Shown here: positions 36,656 through 45,768 of the stretch, piece after piece
Position numbering within the stretch: the stretch's first letter is position 1
Layout: every line of letters begins with the position of its first letter
Notes under the pieces: generated by a model
What the model was told of the DNA's origin: nothing
Database searches by the model: none
The model's input: only the letters and a program-made list of their open reading frames with translations
Position numbers and translations under genes: made by a program
DNA from: Escherichia phage vB_EcoM_phAPEC6
Length of the DNA: 64,000 nucleotides
Sequence record: MK817115.1
Strand: one strand, 5' to 3'

Positions 36656-36930
36656 TATTCAACCTTATCATAAACAAGTTTGTGTGTGCTTAATACTTTG
36701 TTGTGATGTCCAGGGCATTCATATACATACAATCGCTCCTGACGTTTTTCCCAACCACCACAGATACGACCTGATTGTGTACATATTTCATACTCGTTAA
36801 TAAAAGACTTACCTGTGAATGTACAATCCTGACGAACTAAGTCTTTTGCACTAAACCTGCCGTCATCATTACATGCTGTAAGAAACATTGTACTGCACAC
36901 AATGATTCCAGACAAGAGTTTTTTAATCAT
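36655..36930 (-). CDS. Putative lipoprotein
   Basis: MIKKLLSGIIVCSTMFLTAC: signal peptide ending in a lipobox-like L-T-A-C. Confidence 0.55.
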   Translation of the reverse strand: MIKKLLSGIIVCSTMFLTACNDDGRFSAKDLVRQDCTFTGKSFINEYEICTQSGRICGGWEKRQERLYVYECPGHHNKVLSTHKLVYDKVE

Positions 36931-37295
36931 TTAACATCACCCCAACGGAATCCATTCATATAATTCAAATTCACCTCAACGAGTTCATTTGTTTTTGTAC
37001 ACCAAATTGATAGAGTTTTTGTAACATCACCAGGTGAACTTTCATACTTCACACAATACCCTTCAATGCGAAGAGTTTTGTTAGTCCAATGTTGCCACTC
37101 AATCCAAATTTCATTAGGATAATAAACCATATCTTCCTTGAACCTATGGTATTGATCCATCGGTAAGTGACCTTCAACTTCAATTACTTCAGCACTTCGA
37201 ACAAGTTTGTCAAGCTTGTACTTTATCTCAGCAAGATATTCTTCATCATTCAGACGAGTTAATAAATCTGCTGCACGTGTTGTATCAAGGCTCAT
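36927..37295 (-). CDS. Hypothetical protein
   Basis: 122-aa ORF. Confidence 0.55.
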   Translation of the reverse strand: MSLDTTRAADLLTRLNDEEYLAEIKYKLDKLVRSAEVIEVEGHLPMDQYHRFKEDMVYYPNEIWIEWQHWTNKTLRIEGYCVKYESSPGDVTKTLSIWCTKTNELVEVNLNYMNGFRWGDVK

Positions 37296-37297
37296 TG

Positions 37298-37543
37298 TTA
37301 TTCTCCATGAATTACGGAAGTGTTGATTCGTGTTTTACCGCTAGTGTATCCAGTACTTGTATTTGCATTAGGACAGTACACAGTGTATAAAGTCGCACCA
37401 GCACCATCTTGTTGCATACGATAAATCTTACACCCTGCTTCTTTTAATTCAGCAGGTAGAACAAAATCACTTGTACGTTCTTTGGTAGAAGCATCACATG
37501 CAGTGAGTAGAAATGCGACGAGTACTGCTACAATGTATTTCAT
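37298..37543 (-). CDS. Putative lipoprotein
   Basis: MKYIVAVLVAFLLTAC lipobox-like N-terminus. Confidence 0.55.
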   Translation of the reverse strand: MKYIVAVLVAFLLTACDASTKERTSDFVLPAELKEAGCKIYRMQQDGAGATLYTVYCPNANTSTGYTSGKTRINTSVIHGE

Positions 37544-37851
37544 TAACGAACCTCCACTTCTTGAGAAAGAGCATGAGTCAGTGCATTTGAATTCGAACCA
37601 TTCATTTCACGCTGACATACAAACATAATGGCATCTTGTACTGAACCTGCGATTTCATACTCACGACCTTCTGGATCAGTTACCAGATGTTCAACGATAC
37701 AACCACCTCTCAGTACAGAAGCACCAGTACTTACACTAATTTTGTAACCTAAGAAATCAAACTGCATACATGCGTCAGTAGGTTTCATCCAATGACCGCT
37801 GTTTTGATTCAAATCGATGATTACAAAACCTTGAGTGTTAGTTTGAAACAT
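37543..37851 (-). CDS. Hypothetical protein
   Basis: 102 aa; preceded by promoter and a long leader hairpin. Confidence 0.55.
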   Translation of the reverse strand: MFQTNTQGFVIIDLNQNSGHWMKPTDACMQFDFLGYKISVSTGASVLRGGCIVEHLVTDPEGREYEIAGSVQDAIMFVCQREMNGSNSNALTHALSQEVEVR

Positions 37852-37880
37852 AGTTAATTCCTCATTTAATTTAAAAGGGC

Positions 37881-37932
37881 GGGAACGCAGTGACGAGTAC
37901 GATTATGCTGTCTTTCCTTTCACTGCATTCCC
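37881..37932 (-). promoter_or_regulatory. Leader stem-loop (13-bp stem, ~26-nt loop) followed by a U-run
   Basis: GGGAACGCAGTGA / TCACTGCATTCCC inverted repeat lying between promoter 37945-37974 and the ATG at 37851. Confidence 0.45.
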
Positions 37933-37944
37933 TTTGATATAAAC

Positions 37945-37974
37945 ATTATACTGCTATTATTCAGTACTGTCAAT
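37945..37974 (-). promoter_or_regulatory. Sigma70-like early promoter
   Basis: Minus strand: TTGACA-GTACTGaataatagcag-TATAAT. Confidence 0.6.
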
Positions 37975-38263
37975 CGATATAAGTACCTTTTTTAACATCA
38001 CAGACTTCTTCCATCCAATGTGGATTTTCGTTTTTATCAGTGAAGATTTGTTCTGCTTCTTCTTTTGTTTCAGCTAGGACAATACGATCCCCTTCATCCA
38101 AATCACGGATACGATACACTTTCAGTTCTTGTTTCTTCTCAAGGATATTACACAGTTCACGTGCTTTTTCTTCATCGCACTTCCCTTCATTAGCATAAAA
38201 CCAAATTGCTTTTTTAATAAGGTCACGTTCTTCTTTAGAAAAAGACATAATATTTCCTATCAT
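37970..38263 (-). CDS. Hypothetical protein
   Basis: 97-aa ORF. Confidence 0.55.
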   Translation of the reverse strand: MIGNIMSFSKEERDLIKKAIWFYANEGKCDEEKARELCNILEKKQELKVYRIRDLDEGDRIVLAETKEEAEQIFTDKNENPHWMEEVCDVKKGTYID

Positions 38264-38293
38264 TTGTTAAAGTGGATTTCGTTTGATATAAAC

Positions 38294-38321
38294 ATTATAC
38301 AGTACTGATATCTTCTGTCAA
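38294..38321 (-). promoter_or_regulatory. Sigma70-like early promoter with CAGTACTG spacer
   Basis: Minus strand: TTGACA-gaagatatCAGTACTG-TATAAT; same downstream leader as the 37945 promoter. Confidence 0.6.
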
Positions 38322-38418
38322 GTATTAATCATCAAAAATCATCATATACCCAAAGCAAGCAACACAGATGACTAAAACTAACAATACCAACGATAGCCTC
38401 TAACATCATTTTATATCC

Positions 38419-38637
38419 TTAATCGATAATTTTATATTCACGATGACCATAGAAGCCAGCCTCAAGGATGCGATTACCATCAGCATCTTCCAAGTCCCAA
38501 CCACGGGATGTTTCGGCAATAATAGTCATGATGTGACCTCTTGGGAAAATCCCACTCAGAGTGGATACATCCTCAAGTAATTGAACTTTCTTTCCAACAT
38601 TGGAATTCGGTTTAAACATTTTATGGCCCTTATTCAT
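38419..38637 (-). CDS. Hypothetical small protein
   Basis: 72-aa ORF. Confidence 0.5.
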   Translation of the reverse strand: MNKGHKMFKPNSNVGKKVQLLEDVSTLSGIFPRGHIMTIIAETSRGWDLEDADGNRILEAGFYGHREYKIID

Positions 38638-38812
38638 TGATCACATCAAGTACTTTATCCAGCTTTTTACCAATGCTTTCCTTTGGTTTCTCACCATTCT
38701 GGAATACATTAGAACTGCAATACTCAGGACGCGTATTAGGAAACTTCTCGTTCATCCAGGAGTGACCGTAAACACCCAGCATGATGCCAACAATAAGAAT
38801 GATAATTTGCAT
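38630..38812 (-). CDS. Hypothetical small protein with N-terminal hydrophobic segment
   Basis: 60-aa ORF. Confidence 0.45.
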   Translation of the reverse strand: MQIIILIVGIMLGVYGHSWMNEKFPNTRPEYCSSNVFQNGEKPKESIGKKLDKVLDVINE

Positions 38813-38827
38813 GATAATTTCCTCTGA

Positions 38828-39616
38828 TTAAATGTTAGTAGTATAGTACTTGATTTCGTGTTGAATTGCAAGTTCTATTTGTTTATTGAAAAGAATTCCA
38901 AACTCTTTGATTGATTCACAATCGAATTCAATAGAAAAAGTATACTCTGGTACACGTACATTGTCAATACCCAAATACTCTTTTATGTAAATTTTAATGA
39001 GTTCACATAGTGCAGTACTAAGACATTGAATTTCAAAATGTTTTGCACCTTTGTCAAAATACTTGAATGCATCAATATCACCTACAATAAAACTATTCTT
39101 TAATGTAGTGAATAGGTTCTCAGGAAACACGGTAATAGGTGACATTGATTTAAGAATGTATGTATCTTTGGCATTCTTAATGTACTCAATGAAGCAGTAG
39201 TTGACGTCAGGCTCGATTGAACGATCCGCGTTATGATACCAGTGTTTAAACTCACTGTATTCAGCAAACTTATGCTGGCGTAATGCGTTACAATCTTCAC
39301 ACAGTGCAGTCATGTTCTCTTTATCATTACCGCCCTGAAGACAGTCCAGTACATTATGGTCTAACGTCATGCGTACAAGGCGTTTCCCTTTAAGTACATA
39401 AGGTCTGAATTTATAACGTTCTTTAGTACTGTGCTTGTGTAAAGTGAATACTACATTTGATTCACCACAACAATCACATTTAAAGCCATCACGTGACATT
39501 ACATGAATGAGTTTGCGTGTGTTCGGTCCAAACTCAGATTTAGTAATGTTATCCACAATTTCTGATGGTTGGTAATATTTTGAATTCCGTTGAATCAGTT
39601 CATCGATAGTGCTCAT
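38828..39616 (-). CDS. HNH-family endonuclease (possible homing endonuclease)
   Basis: CDCCGES ... MTLDHNVLDCLQGGNDKENMTALCEDCN fits the HNH His-Asn-His/Cys signature. Confidence 0.6.
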   Translation of the reverse strand: MSTIDELIQRNSKYYQPSEIVDNITKSEFGPNTRKLIHVMSRDGFKCDCCGESNVVFTLHKHSTKERYKFRPYVLKGKRLVRMTLDHNVLDCLQGGNDKENMTALCEDCNALRQHKFAEYSEFKHWYHNADRSIEPDVNYCFIEYIKNAKDTYILKSMSPITVFPENLFTTLKNSFIVGDIDAFKYFDKGAKHFEIQCLSTALCELIKIYIKEYLGIDNVRVPEYTFSIEFDCESIKEFGILFNKQIELAIQHEIKYYTTNI

Positions 39617-39847
39617 TTACATTATTCCTTCTATGCAACAACCAAGAATTACTTTTTTAACTTCAACAACTCGTACCAAATAGAATCCATTTGAAAAGTT
39701 AAAACTATACATTTGTACTAAGGCATCTGCTTCAGATTTCGCACGGATACATGATAGATAAATTTCACGTATATCACCATCTAACGATACTTGTTTCTCT
39801 GCATCGATGACAATAGAACGAATCTCAAAACGAACACCATAACTCAT
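39617..39847 (-). CDS. Hypothetical small protein
   Basis: 76-aa ORF. Confidence 0.5.
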   Translation of the reverse strand: MSYGVRFEIRSIVIDAEKQVSLDGDIREIYLSCIRAKSEADALVQMYSFNFSNGFYLVRVVEVKKVILGCCIEGIM

Positions 39848-40053
39848 TGAGTTTGTCCTACAATAAGCTTTGTGTTAGTATTACTATTGTAACACCACAT
39901 TTGTTCTTTATTAACTGTAATCCAAATATCTTTGTTTACTTGTTCGTATGTACTATCACGTACTGCTATGCATTGATTCATGGAATTCATTGGGGTTATT
40001 TGTATACCGGAATTAACAGAGAAAGCGACTACTAAAAAGATTACTGAATTCAT
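39844..40053 (-). CDS. Secreted small protein (signal peptide)
   Basis: MNSVIFLVVAFSVNSG N-terminus; TTGACA-N17-TAGAAT promoter at ~40095-40125 upstream. Confidence 0.5.
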   Translation of the reverse strand: MNSVIFLVVAFSVNSGIQITPMNSMNQCIAVRDSTYEQVNKDIWITVNKEQMWCYNSNTNTKLIVGQTQ

Positions 40054-40670
40054 TGGATATTCCTTAATGGTTAATCATCCATCTCTTCGAGATGTCTGTT
40101 CGCTTCTAATACTACGTATTCTACGCGAATGATTAATAACTGTCAAGGACTTTTAATATTGACGGGATTTGAGGAAGGGATTTTTCTTCCCCCCACAAGG
40201 AGGGAAATTTGACGCTGATGGTATCAGAGCTATTGCATTGAAGATTACTCATAACGAGTGCGAAAGCGGGTCATCCTGTTTCTCTCTACTTCAGTTTCAT
40301 ATGACGGTCTACACTTTTAAACATAGTGTATCTTCATTAAGTATCTATGCAATCAAATACTTAATGTGAGTACTCAAATTTTGGACGCAACTTTCCTGTA
40401 CAAAATTCGATAACTCTCCCTTAGATAATTCGTAAGGTGTTATCCTTATATGTCTATCAAGGAACCACCAGCTATCCTAACGTGGTTCTTTATACAGCCG
40501 CATTGCCGTGAGGGGTTCAAACTATGCCCACATCTAACGGGTTTCTTTTGCTGTTCGCACTGTCGGACTGCTCAACTGCCCTCTACGTTTTCGAGTGGAT
40601 CAGGTACATGAATATCATGCCAACAGAATTGTACAAGATAATTATATCACAAACTTTTACTTCATCCCAT

Positions 40671-40700
40671 AAAAAAAGGTTGGCATAAGCCAACCCTTGT
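40671..40700 (-). terminator. Intrinsic terminator after the sigma-factor gene
   Basis: Minus strand: GGGTTGGC-TTAT-GCCAACC followed by TTTTTTT. Confidence 0.65.
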
Positions 40701-40703
40701 TCT

Positions 40704-41669
40704 TTAGAAATCTTCGTATTCGTACCCTTTTGCAAGTACTAACTTCTTAAGCTTTTGCATAGCTTCACTGTACTTTCGGTGTATTGATGAACGGGATTTA
40801 ACATATTTTCCATTATCATCAACAAAACCATTATCAGCAATCTCACGAAGCGTTTCAGGTTCATATTCACCTAGACCATGAACACGCTGGATAATCTCAC
40901 GTTCTTTAGTACTCAATTCGTTAGTTAGTTCATTGATAGCATAACGTAAAGGTGCACGGATACTATCAACATTGAGGTTAAAATCAGAAGCAGGTGAATG
41001 AATAATGTCACCTAATGTACCATCTGTAACACCGTCTAATGGTGCATCCAGTGAAGTGTATTCGCTTTGAAATAATAAACAATTATTAACATGCTGAATC
41101 TCAATCCCAGTACCCTCTGAGATTATTTCAGGTGTTGGGCGAACACCATGTTTACGCATATATTCCTGGCAGAATCTTTTTACTTTGATCTTATGAACAC
41201 TCATATAACGTGGGAAGTGTACCATATAGTTAGCGTCAGAACTTTCGTTATAAACTGTCATGTAAATACTAGAAGAAGCATAGGTAATGAACTTCACATT
41301 CTTATTAAGATCAAAGGTTTTTAGTGCTCTCATGAACCCCTCAACACCATATGAAATCTTATCTTCAAATGGGATATAACAAGTACATTTACTTGCTACA
41401 TCAATAATAAGTCCATAATTGTAACGAACTAACAGTTCAGTGTTTTTCTTTACATTGATACCAGCTTGAATATCACGAATTAGATCTTCATTGGAAACAT
41501 TTGGTGGTCGCTTAAGTGTAATATTATATTTGAAACTGCTTTGTACTTTACCTTCATTTTCATCTTTATCTTCAACGAAATCTAAGGCTTCTAGTGTGTT
41601 GACTTCTTCATTAGCAAAACATTCATCCAGAACTTCTTCGGCAATTGTATTTAAATCAAGCTTTTTCAC
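40704..41669 (-). CDS. Sigma-70 family RNA polymerase sigma factor
   Basis: Region-2-like LLVRYNYGLIIDVASK ... GVEGFMRALKTFDLNKNVKFITYASSSIY and a region-4-like C-terminus (EREIIQRVHGL ... TLREIADNG). Confidence 0.6.
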   Translation of the reverse strand: MKKLDLNTIAEEVLDECFANEEVNTLEALDFVEDKDENEGKVQSSFKYNITLKRPPNVSNEDLIRDIQAGINVKKNTELLVRYNYGLIIDVASKCTCYIPFEDKISYGVEGFMRALKTFDLNKNVKFITYASSSIYMTVYNESSDANYMVHFPRYMSVHKIKVKRFCQEYMRKHGVRPTPEIISEGTGIEIQHVNNCLLFQSEYTSLDAPLDGVTDGTLGDIIHSPASDFNLNVDSIRAPLRYAINELTNELSTKEREIIQRVHGLGEYEPETLREIADNGFVDDNGKYVKSRSSIHRKYSEAMQKLKKLVLAKGYEYEDF

Positions 41670-41690
41670 TTACATCTCCTAATGACGAAA

Positions 41691-42188
41691 TCAAAATCGA
41701 TATACATTAATATTATCATCTGTGAAGCAATCATGGTTATGCACATCCATGAAAGTACTAAACACTTTATCATATAAAGTTGTATGTTCTTCATGAATAG
41801 CAGCATCTAGCATGTATTCTCCACCACTTCCCATAAAGAAAGTGTAGTCTTCATGTAGATATTCAAGTTTTTTAATAAACTTTCCTTTAGTTAAAATCAT
41901 ATGAATAACATAATCTTTAGAAAGAAGCACACAATGGCAACTTAACTTTCTGTCAGGTATAACTGGTACTTTATTAATTAACCAATCCAGTACTTTATCA
42001 ATTTCACTTACTGACCCACTAGCACTGAATAAACGGTCATGTACATATAAAGTTTTTTGATTAACAACTCCATATTGATATTTTGGTCTTAGTGGGAAAA
42101 AACCAAATAAGTTTCGTGGTATAGTTGACGTAACTCTAGAATCGGTAATCAATAAATTTAATCGTTTATCAATATAAACAGTTGTCAT
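41691..42188 (-). CDS. Hypothetical protein
   Basis: 165-aa ORF. Confidence 0.55.
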   Translation of the reverse strand: MTTVYIDKRLNLLITDSRVTSTIPRNLFGFFPLRPKYQYGVVNQKTLYVHDRLFSASGSVSEIDKVLDWLINKVPVIPDRKLSCHCVLLSKDYVIHMILTKGKFIKKLEYLHEDYTFFMGSGGEYMLDAAIHEEHTTLYDKVFSTFMDVHNHDCFTDDNINVYRF

Positions 42189-42189
42189 A

Positions 42190-42609
42190 TTAAACCTTAT
42201 CTAAGAATTTATCGTATATATAAAATTCTTTATCGGTGAATACATTAATTCTAGTATCGAATCTTTGCATCGTGTTCATATACAATGAACTTTTTAAATA
42301 AAAATACAAAGCAACAAATTCTGATATATGCATATTCTTTTTATTGTTACATAAATTCTTTAGCATTTTGATGCTATCAAATTCTTCTTTATCAAATCTG
42401 TACTGGTAAAAATTGTATCTATTGGATCGGCACTCATAGATACGAAGTGCCATTATATCAATACATTCTTTAGATTTACAGTACTTATTCAATACGTCAT
42501 AATCACCCGTACATAATGCTACAAAGATTTTATGTGCAAGCGTAGCTTTGCCCTCAATCGTATAATAGCCAAAAAATTTAATGATTAAGTACTGAATGAA
42601 TGTAATCAT
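42190..42609 (-). CDS. Hypothetical protein
   Basis: 139-aa ORF. Confidence 0.55.
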   Translation of the reverse strand: MITFIQYLIIKFFGYYTIEGKATLAHKIFVALCTGDYDVLNKYCKSKECIDIMALRIYECRSNRYNFYQYRFDKEEFDSIKMLKNLCNNKKNMHISEFVALYFYLKSSLYMNTMQRFDTRINVFTDKEFYIYDKFLDKV

Positions 42610-42614
42610 TTGAT

Positions 42615-42875
42615 TTAGAATTTCTCCGAAATTACTAGAGTGTCATCATAATCTTCTGCAATCTCATGAAGAACTTTTAAGTTACTTTCACCAGAAACGC
42701 TTTGTACTTCGTTCAAAAGATAGTTTAGATCAACTTTAGTTACTTTTTCTGAATCAAATACACAGAAAGTCAATTCAGCGTTTGGACAGATCTTCTTCAG
42801 ATTATCAGCAACAACTTGTTTGAAGTTGAAAGATGGGGAAGCAACCAGGTTAACTGCAACGAGAATAGATTTCAT
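42615..42875 (-). CDS. Hypothetical small protein
   Basis: 86-aa ORF. Confidence 0.5.
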   Translation of the reverse strand: MKSILVAVNLVASPSFNFKQVVADNLKKICPNAELTFCVFDSEKVTKVDLNYLLNEVQSVSGESNLKVLHEIAEDYDDTLVISEKF

Positions 42876-42949
42876 AATGTTTTCCTTTTTAGCTGATAAT
42901 TAAATTAGGAGCACATTGTACTCCATATTATTTGTTATGTAAAATACTT

Positions 42950-43201
42950 TTAGATACCAAGTGCAGTAGATAACTCTTTACGTTTGTTATATGAATCAGA
43001 TTCAATCTTACTTTTCTTGTTGAAAAGGGATTCAATATCCTTATAGATTGCTTCGATAGATTTAGTTACTACCCATTCTGATTCTTGAAGCATACCTTGG
43101 AGTCGTGCGTACTCAACTTTGATAGTACTGCGAAGTTCTTCACAAACTTCTTCATTCTTAATTAGTGCAGCACTAAGTTCTTTGACCTTATCGATGTTCA
43201 T
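42950..43201 (-). CDS. Hypothetical small protein
   Basis: 83-aa ORF. Confidence 0.5.
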   Translation of the reverse strand: MNIDKVKELSAALIKNEEVCEELRSTIKVEYARLQGMLQESEWVVTKSIEAIYKDIESLFNKKSKIESDSYNKRKELSTALGI

Positions 43202-43260
43202 AAGTTCCTTACTCTAATTTGTTTTTAACAAAATAATTATATATAACATACTAAATTATG

Positions 43261-43686
43261 TCAAGTATTTTTAGTACCTTCTTCTGCCATTTTTGTGATA
43301 TACCAATTAAGTACTGATTTGTGTACCATAAAAAATGTGAATGCAAATATAGCAATAGCTGCTGATGTAACACTATTAGATAATGACCCAAGTTGGATGT
43401 TAGTACCTAAAATAACAATAAATGGATACAACACAATCAATCTACTGTAAGGTTCGTCTCCAGTATCACGGAGAAATCCAAGCCTTTCATGATCAGTATC
43501 CATAGTGACAATTGGACAGAACATAAGTGCAGACATAAGAGCAATACCAATTTGTGCTACATTGGAAATTGTAAACCACAAAGGATTTAAACCATATGAA
43601 ATATTATTTTCTGTACAGTAGTAACCAAACGAATTGAATGCACAAACTAAAAATACAAAAATACAAATCTTATTATAGCCTCTCAT
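43261..43686 (-). CDS. Membrane protein
   Basis: 141 aa with several hydrophobic segments. Confidence 0.55.
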   Translation of the reverse strand: MRGYNKICIFVFLVCAFNSFGYYCTENNISYGLNPLWFTISNVAQIGIALMSALMFCPIVTMDTDHERLGFLRDTGDEPYSRLIVLYPFIVILGTNIQLGSLSNSVTSAAIAIFAFTFFMVHKSVLNWYITKMAEEGTKNT

Positions 43687-44105
43687 TTGTTTAGCTCCGT
43701 TAATTTTCGTTTAACTTCTAGATCATGAAACTCATCGGCATATGAGTTTTGAACAGTTCTGATGTATTCCAACATAACAAACATAGTTCCACATACCCAT
43801 AGATATGTATAGTAATCAAATACAAATGCATATAACATACACGGTACTAAAATGAAAGTGTAAACAAAACTATATCGTGTAGTTCCAAATACTTTCAGAT
43901 ATAACAAACGTCGATAATCACGGGCAAATGTATTGATGCACACTGAAAATGTAATTAATGTATACCATGAAATACCCTGAATTAAACCTGAAACATTTAC
44001 AAGTTTATGTTCATCGGAAAACCCCAGTGCATTTAGCACTGGAGCCATAACCCAACCAATAATACTAATAAGAAAAAGATATTTTGCATTACTTAGTGTG
44101 AACAT
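43683..44105 (-). CDS. Membrane protein
   Basis: 140 aa hydrophobic; 4-nt overlap with downstream gene. Confidence 0.55.
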   Translation of the reverse strand: MFTLSNAKYLFLISIIGWVMAPVLNALGFSDEHKLVNVSGLIQGISWYTLITFSVCINTFARDYRRLLYLKVFGTTRYSFVYTFILVPCMLYAFVFDYYTYLWVCGTMFVMLEYIRTVQNSYADEFHDLEVKRKLTELNK

Positions 44106-44106
44106 A

Positions 44107-44565
44107 TTACTTTAGTCCCCATGCTTTTTTGATTGCATCAACAGAGTTTTGGTCCACTACTTCCTTTTTTTCTGATGTAGTTTGAAGTTTATTAATTACA
44201 TATTCCTTTGCATCTTTTTCTATCATAAATTTACCATCAACCAACACACCAAAAACTTTAGAATTTCGGGCTGGATATGGATTAATTTCATCAAGAGTAC
44301 GGACTTTCTTATCAACTATAATGGCTTTGATGTAACCAGTTTCAAGTACTGTTGTAATCACAGTCATTTCAATTGCAACTGGTGAATCCTCCCAATATGC
44401 AATCCATTTAGTAAAGCTACGATCAGGTGAATCCTTTGTGCATTTTAATTTAATTGCACTATTAAAAATGTATTGTTTAAAATTGTCATCGACAACTTCA
44501 CTAATACTAAAATAACCTTCACGCTCTTCAACATTACGTTTGAAATTTGTAGCTAATACATCCAT
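44107..44565 (-). CDS. Hypothetical protein
   Basis: 152-aa ORF. Confidence 0.55.
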   Translation of the reverse strand: MDVLATNFKRNVEEREGYFSISEVVDDNFKQYIFNSAIKLKCTKDSPDRSFTKWIAYWEDSPVAIEMTVITTVLETGYIKAIIVDKKVRTLDEINPYPARNSKVFGVLVDGKFMIEKDAKEYVINKLQTTSEKKEVVDQNSVDAIKKAWGLK

Positions 44566-44606
44566 TTTCCATCCCCCTTGGGTTACTTGGTGTGTTAATT
44601 ATAATA

Positions 44607-45083
44607 CTAAGAATCTTTGTTGTCAAACTTTTCCCTCAAATATTTTTCTATTAATCTAATTTGTGTTGGTGGTAAGATAAAGTAATCGTACATAGATTTA
44701 CTACCATGTATCGAACAACCTACACTAATACTATAATCATATGGATATAAGTATATTGGGTCTTGTATATCAGGTATGAAAACTATTCTTGGTATATTAC
44801 CATTTCCTATTCTTACTTGGACGTTATCATTATTATTAAGATAATTTCTTATACAGTACTCAATTATACCATTTACTTTAGAATCATAACCATAATTTTT
44901 ATATTCAGGAAAAATGAAATAGCGTTCATGGTATAGATATGAGCATAGTAACGCTGGGAAAAAATTCCAAAATCCTTCATGTTTTGCAATTGTTTGTGCA
45001 TATTTAAAATGATTAGCATTACTAAAAATATTATACAGCACAAAATACACAAATGGACTTACCAACAACACTATTGTTAACAT
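44607..45083 (-). CDS. Hypothetical protein with N-terminal hydrophobic segment
   Basis: 158-aa ORF. Confidence 0.55.
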   Translation of the reverse strand: MLTIVLLVSPFVYFVLYNIFSNANHFKYAQTIAKHEGFWNFFPALLCSYLYHERYFIFPEYKNYGYDSKVNGIIEYCIRNYLNNNDNVQVRIGNGNIPRIVFIPDIQDPIYLYPYDYSISVGCSIHGSKSMYDYFILPPTQIRLIEKYLREKFDNKDS

Positions 45084-45544
45084 CAGAAGCCTCTGTATTT
45101 TTCATACACTTCAACGCATTCCATGATTTTGTCATCGTCCATCATATCATAGCCTTGTAGAAATTCTTCTTTATCAACCTTCCCTGCCATCATATCTGTG
45201 TCAGAAATTCTGGAGTCATAGAAGTAATACATATCTTTATAGTACTGTTTTTTGTGCTGCTCAATCTTTACTTTAGCATATCCAGCACAAAATGAAGGAG
45301 ATTTAACAACTTCCCATTTATGCTTCTTGATGGGTTTATCATTAGCATGTTTTTCCCTGTATGTCTGACGATAACGTTCACGCATTTCAGGCATGTATTC
45401 TTCAGCAGTACGTTTAGGGGGAGTTTTACCAGTCCCAATAGTTTTAATAGTTTGACGTTGTTCTTCTGCGTGTACTGGGGAAATGAAACATGATGTACCA
45501 AACAGTACTGCTACGATAACCATAAAATTCTTAAACATAATCAA
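45083..45544 (-). CDS. Secreted protein (signal peptide)
   Basis: MIMFKNFMVIVAVLFGTSCFISPVHA N-terminus. Confidence 0.55.
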   Translation of the reverse strand: MIMFKNFMVIVAVLFGTSCFISPVHAEEQRQTIKTIGTGKTPPKRTAEEYMPEMRERYRQTYREKHANDKPIKKHKWEVVKSPSFCAGYAKVKIEQHKKQYYKDMYYFYDSRISDTDMMAGKVDKEEFLQGYDMMDDDKIMECVEVYEKYRGF

Positions 45545-45768
45545 ACCTCTTTTACAATAATATCGATTGATACTGGAATTGCAATTTCACTATTACATGA
45601 ATATACATCAGCACAGTACTCAATATCTAGTACTTTATAATATTTCTCAAAACCACAAATGGTAAGATTCAACGTTGACCCAACTGCTGGGAGTACAGGA
45701 AATGATAAGAACGCAATTTTAGAATGAAATTCTTCATTGATATCTTGATATACAGTTGCAGTAATCAC
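45541..45768 (-). CDS. Hypothetical small protein
   Basis: 75-aa ORF. Confidence 0.5.
   Translation of the reverse strand: MITATVYQDINEEFHSKIAFLSFPVLPAVGSTLNLTICGFEKYYKVLDIEYCADVYSCNSEIAIPVSIDIIVKEV

Noticed and set aside
40169-40369. 66-aa ORF in the long non-coding gap
   Set aside because: It is isolated on the plus strand within a minus-strand block, has no RBS and a repetitive N-terminus; the region looks more like structured RNA.
40054-40703. Group I intron
   Set aside because: No interrupted gene flanks the region (a stop codon and terminator on one side, a promoter and gene start on the other), and I could not identify the conserved core elements by eye.
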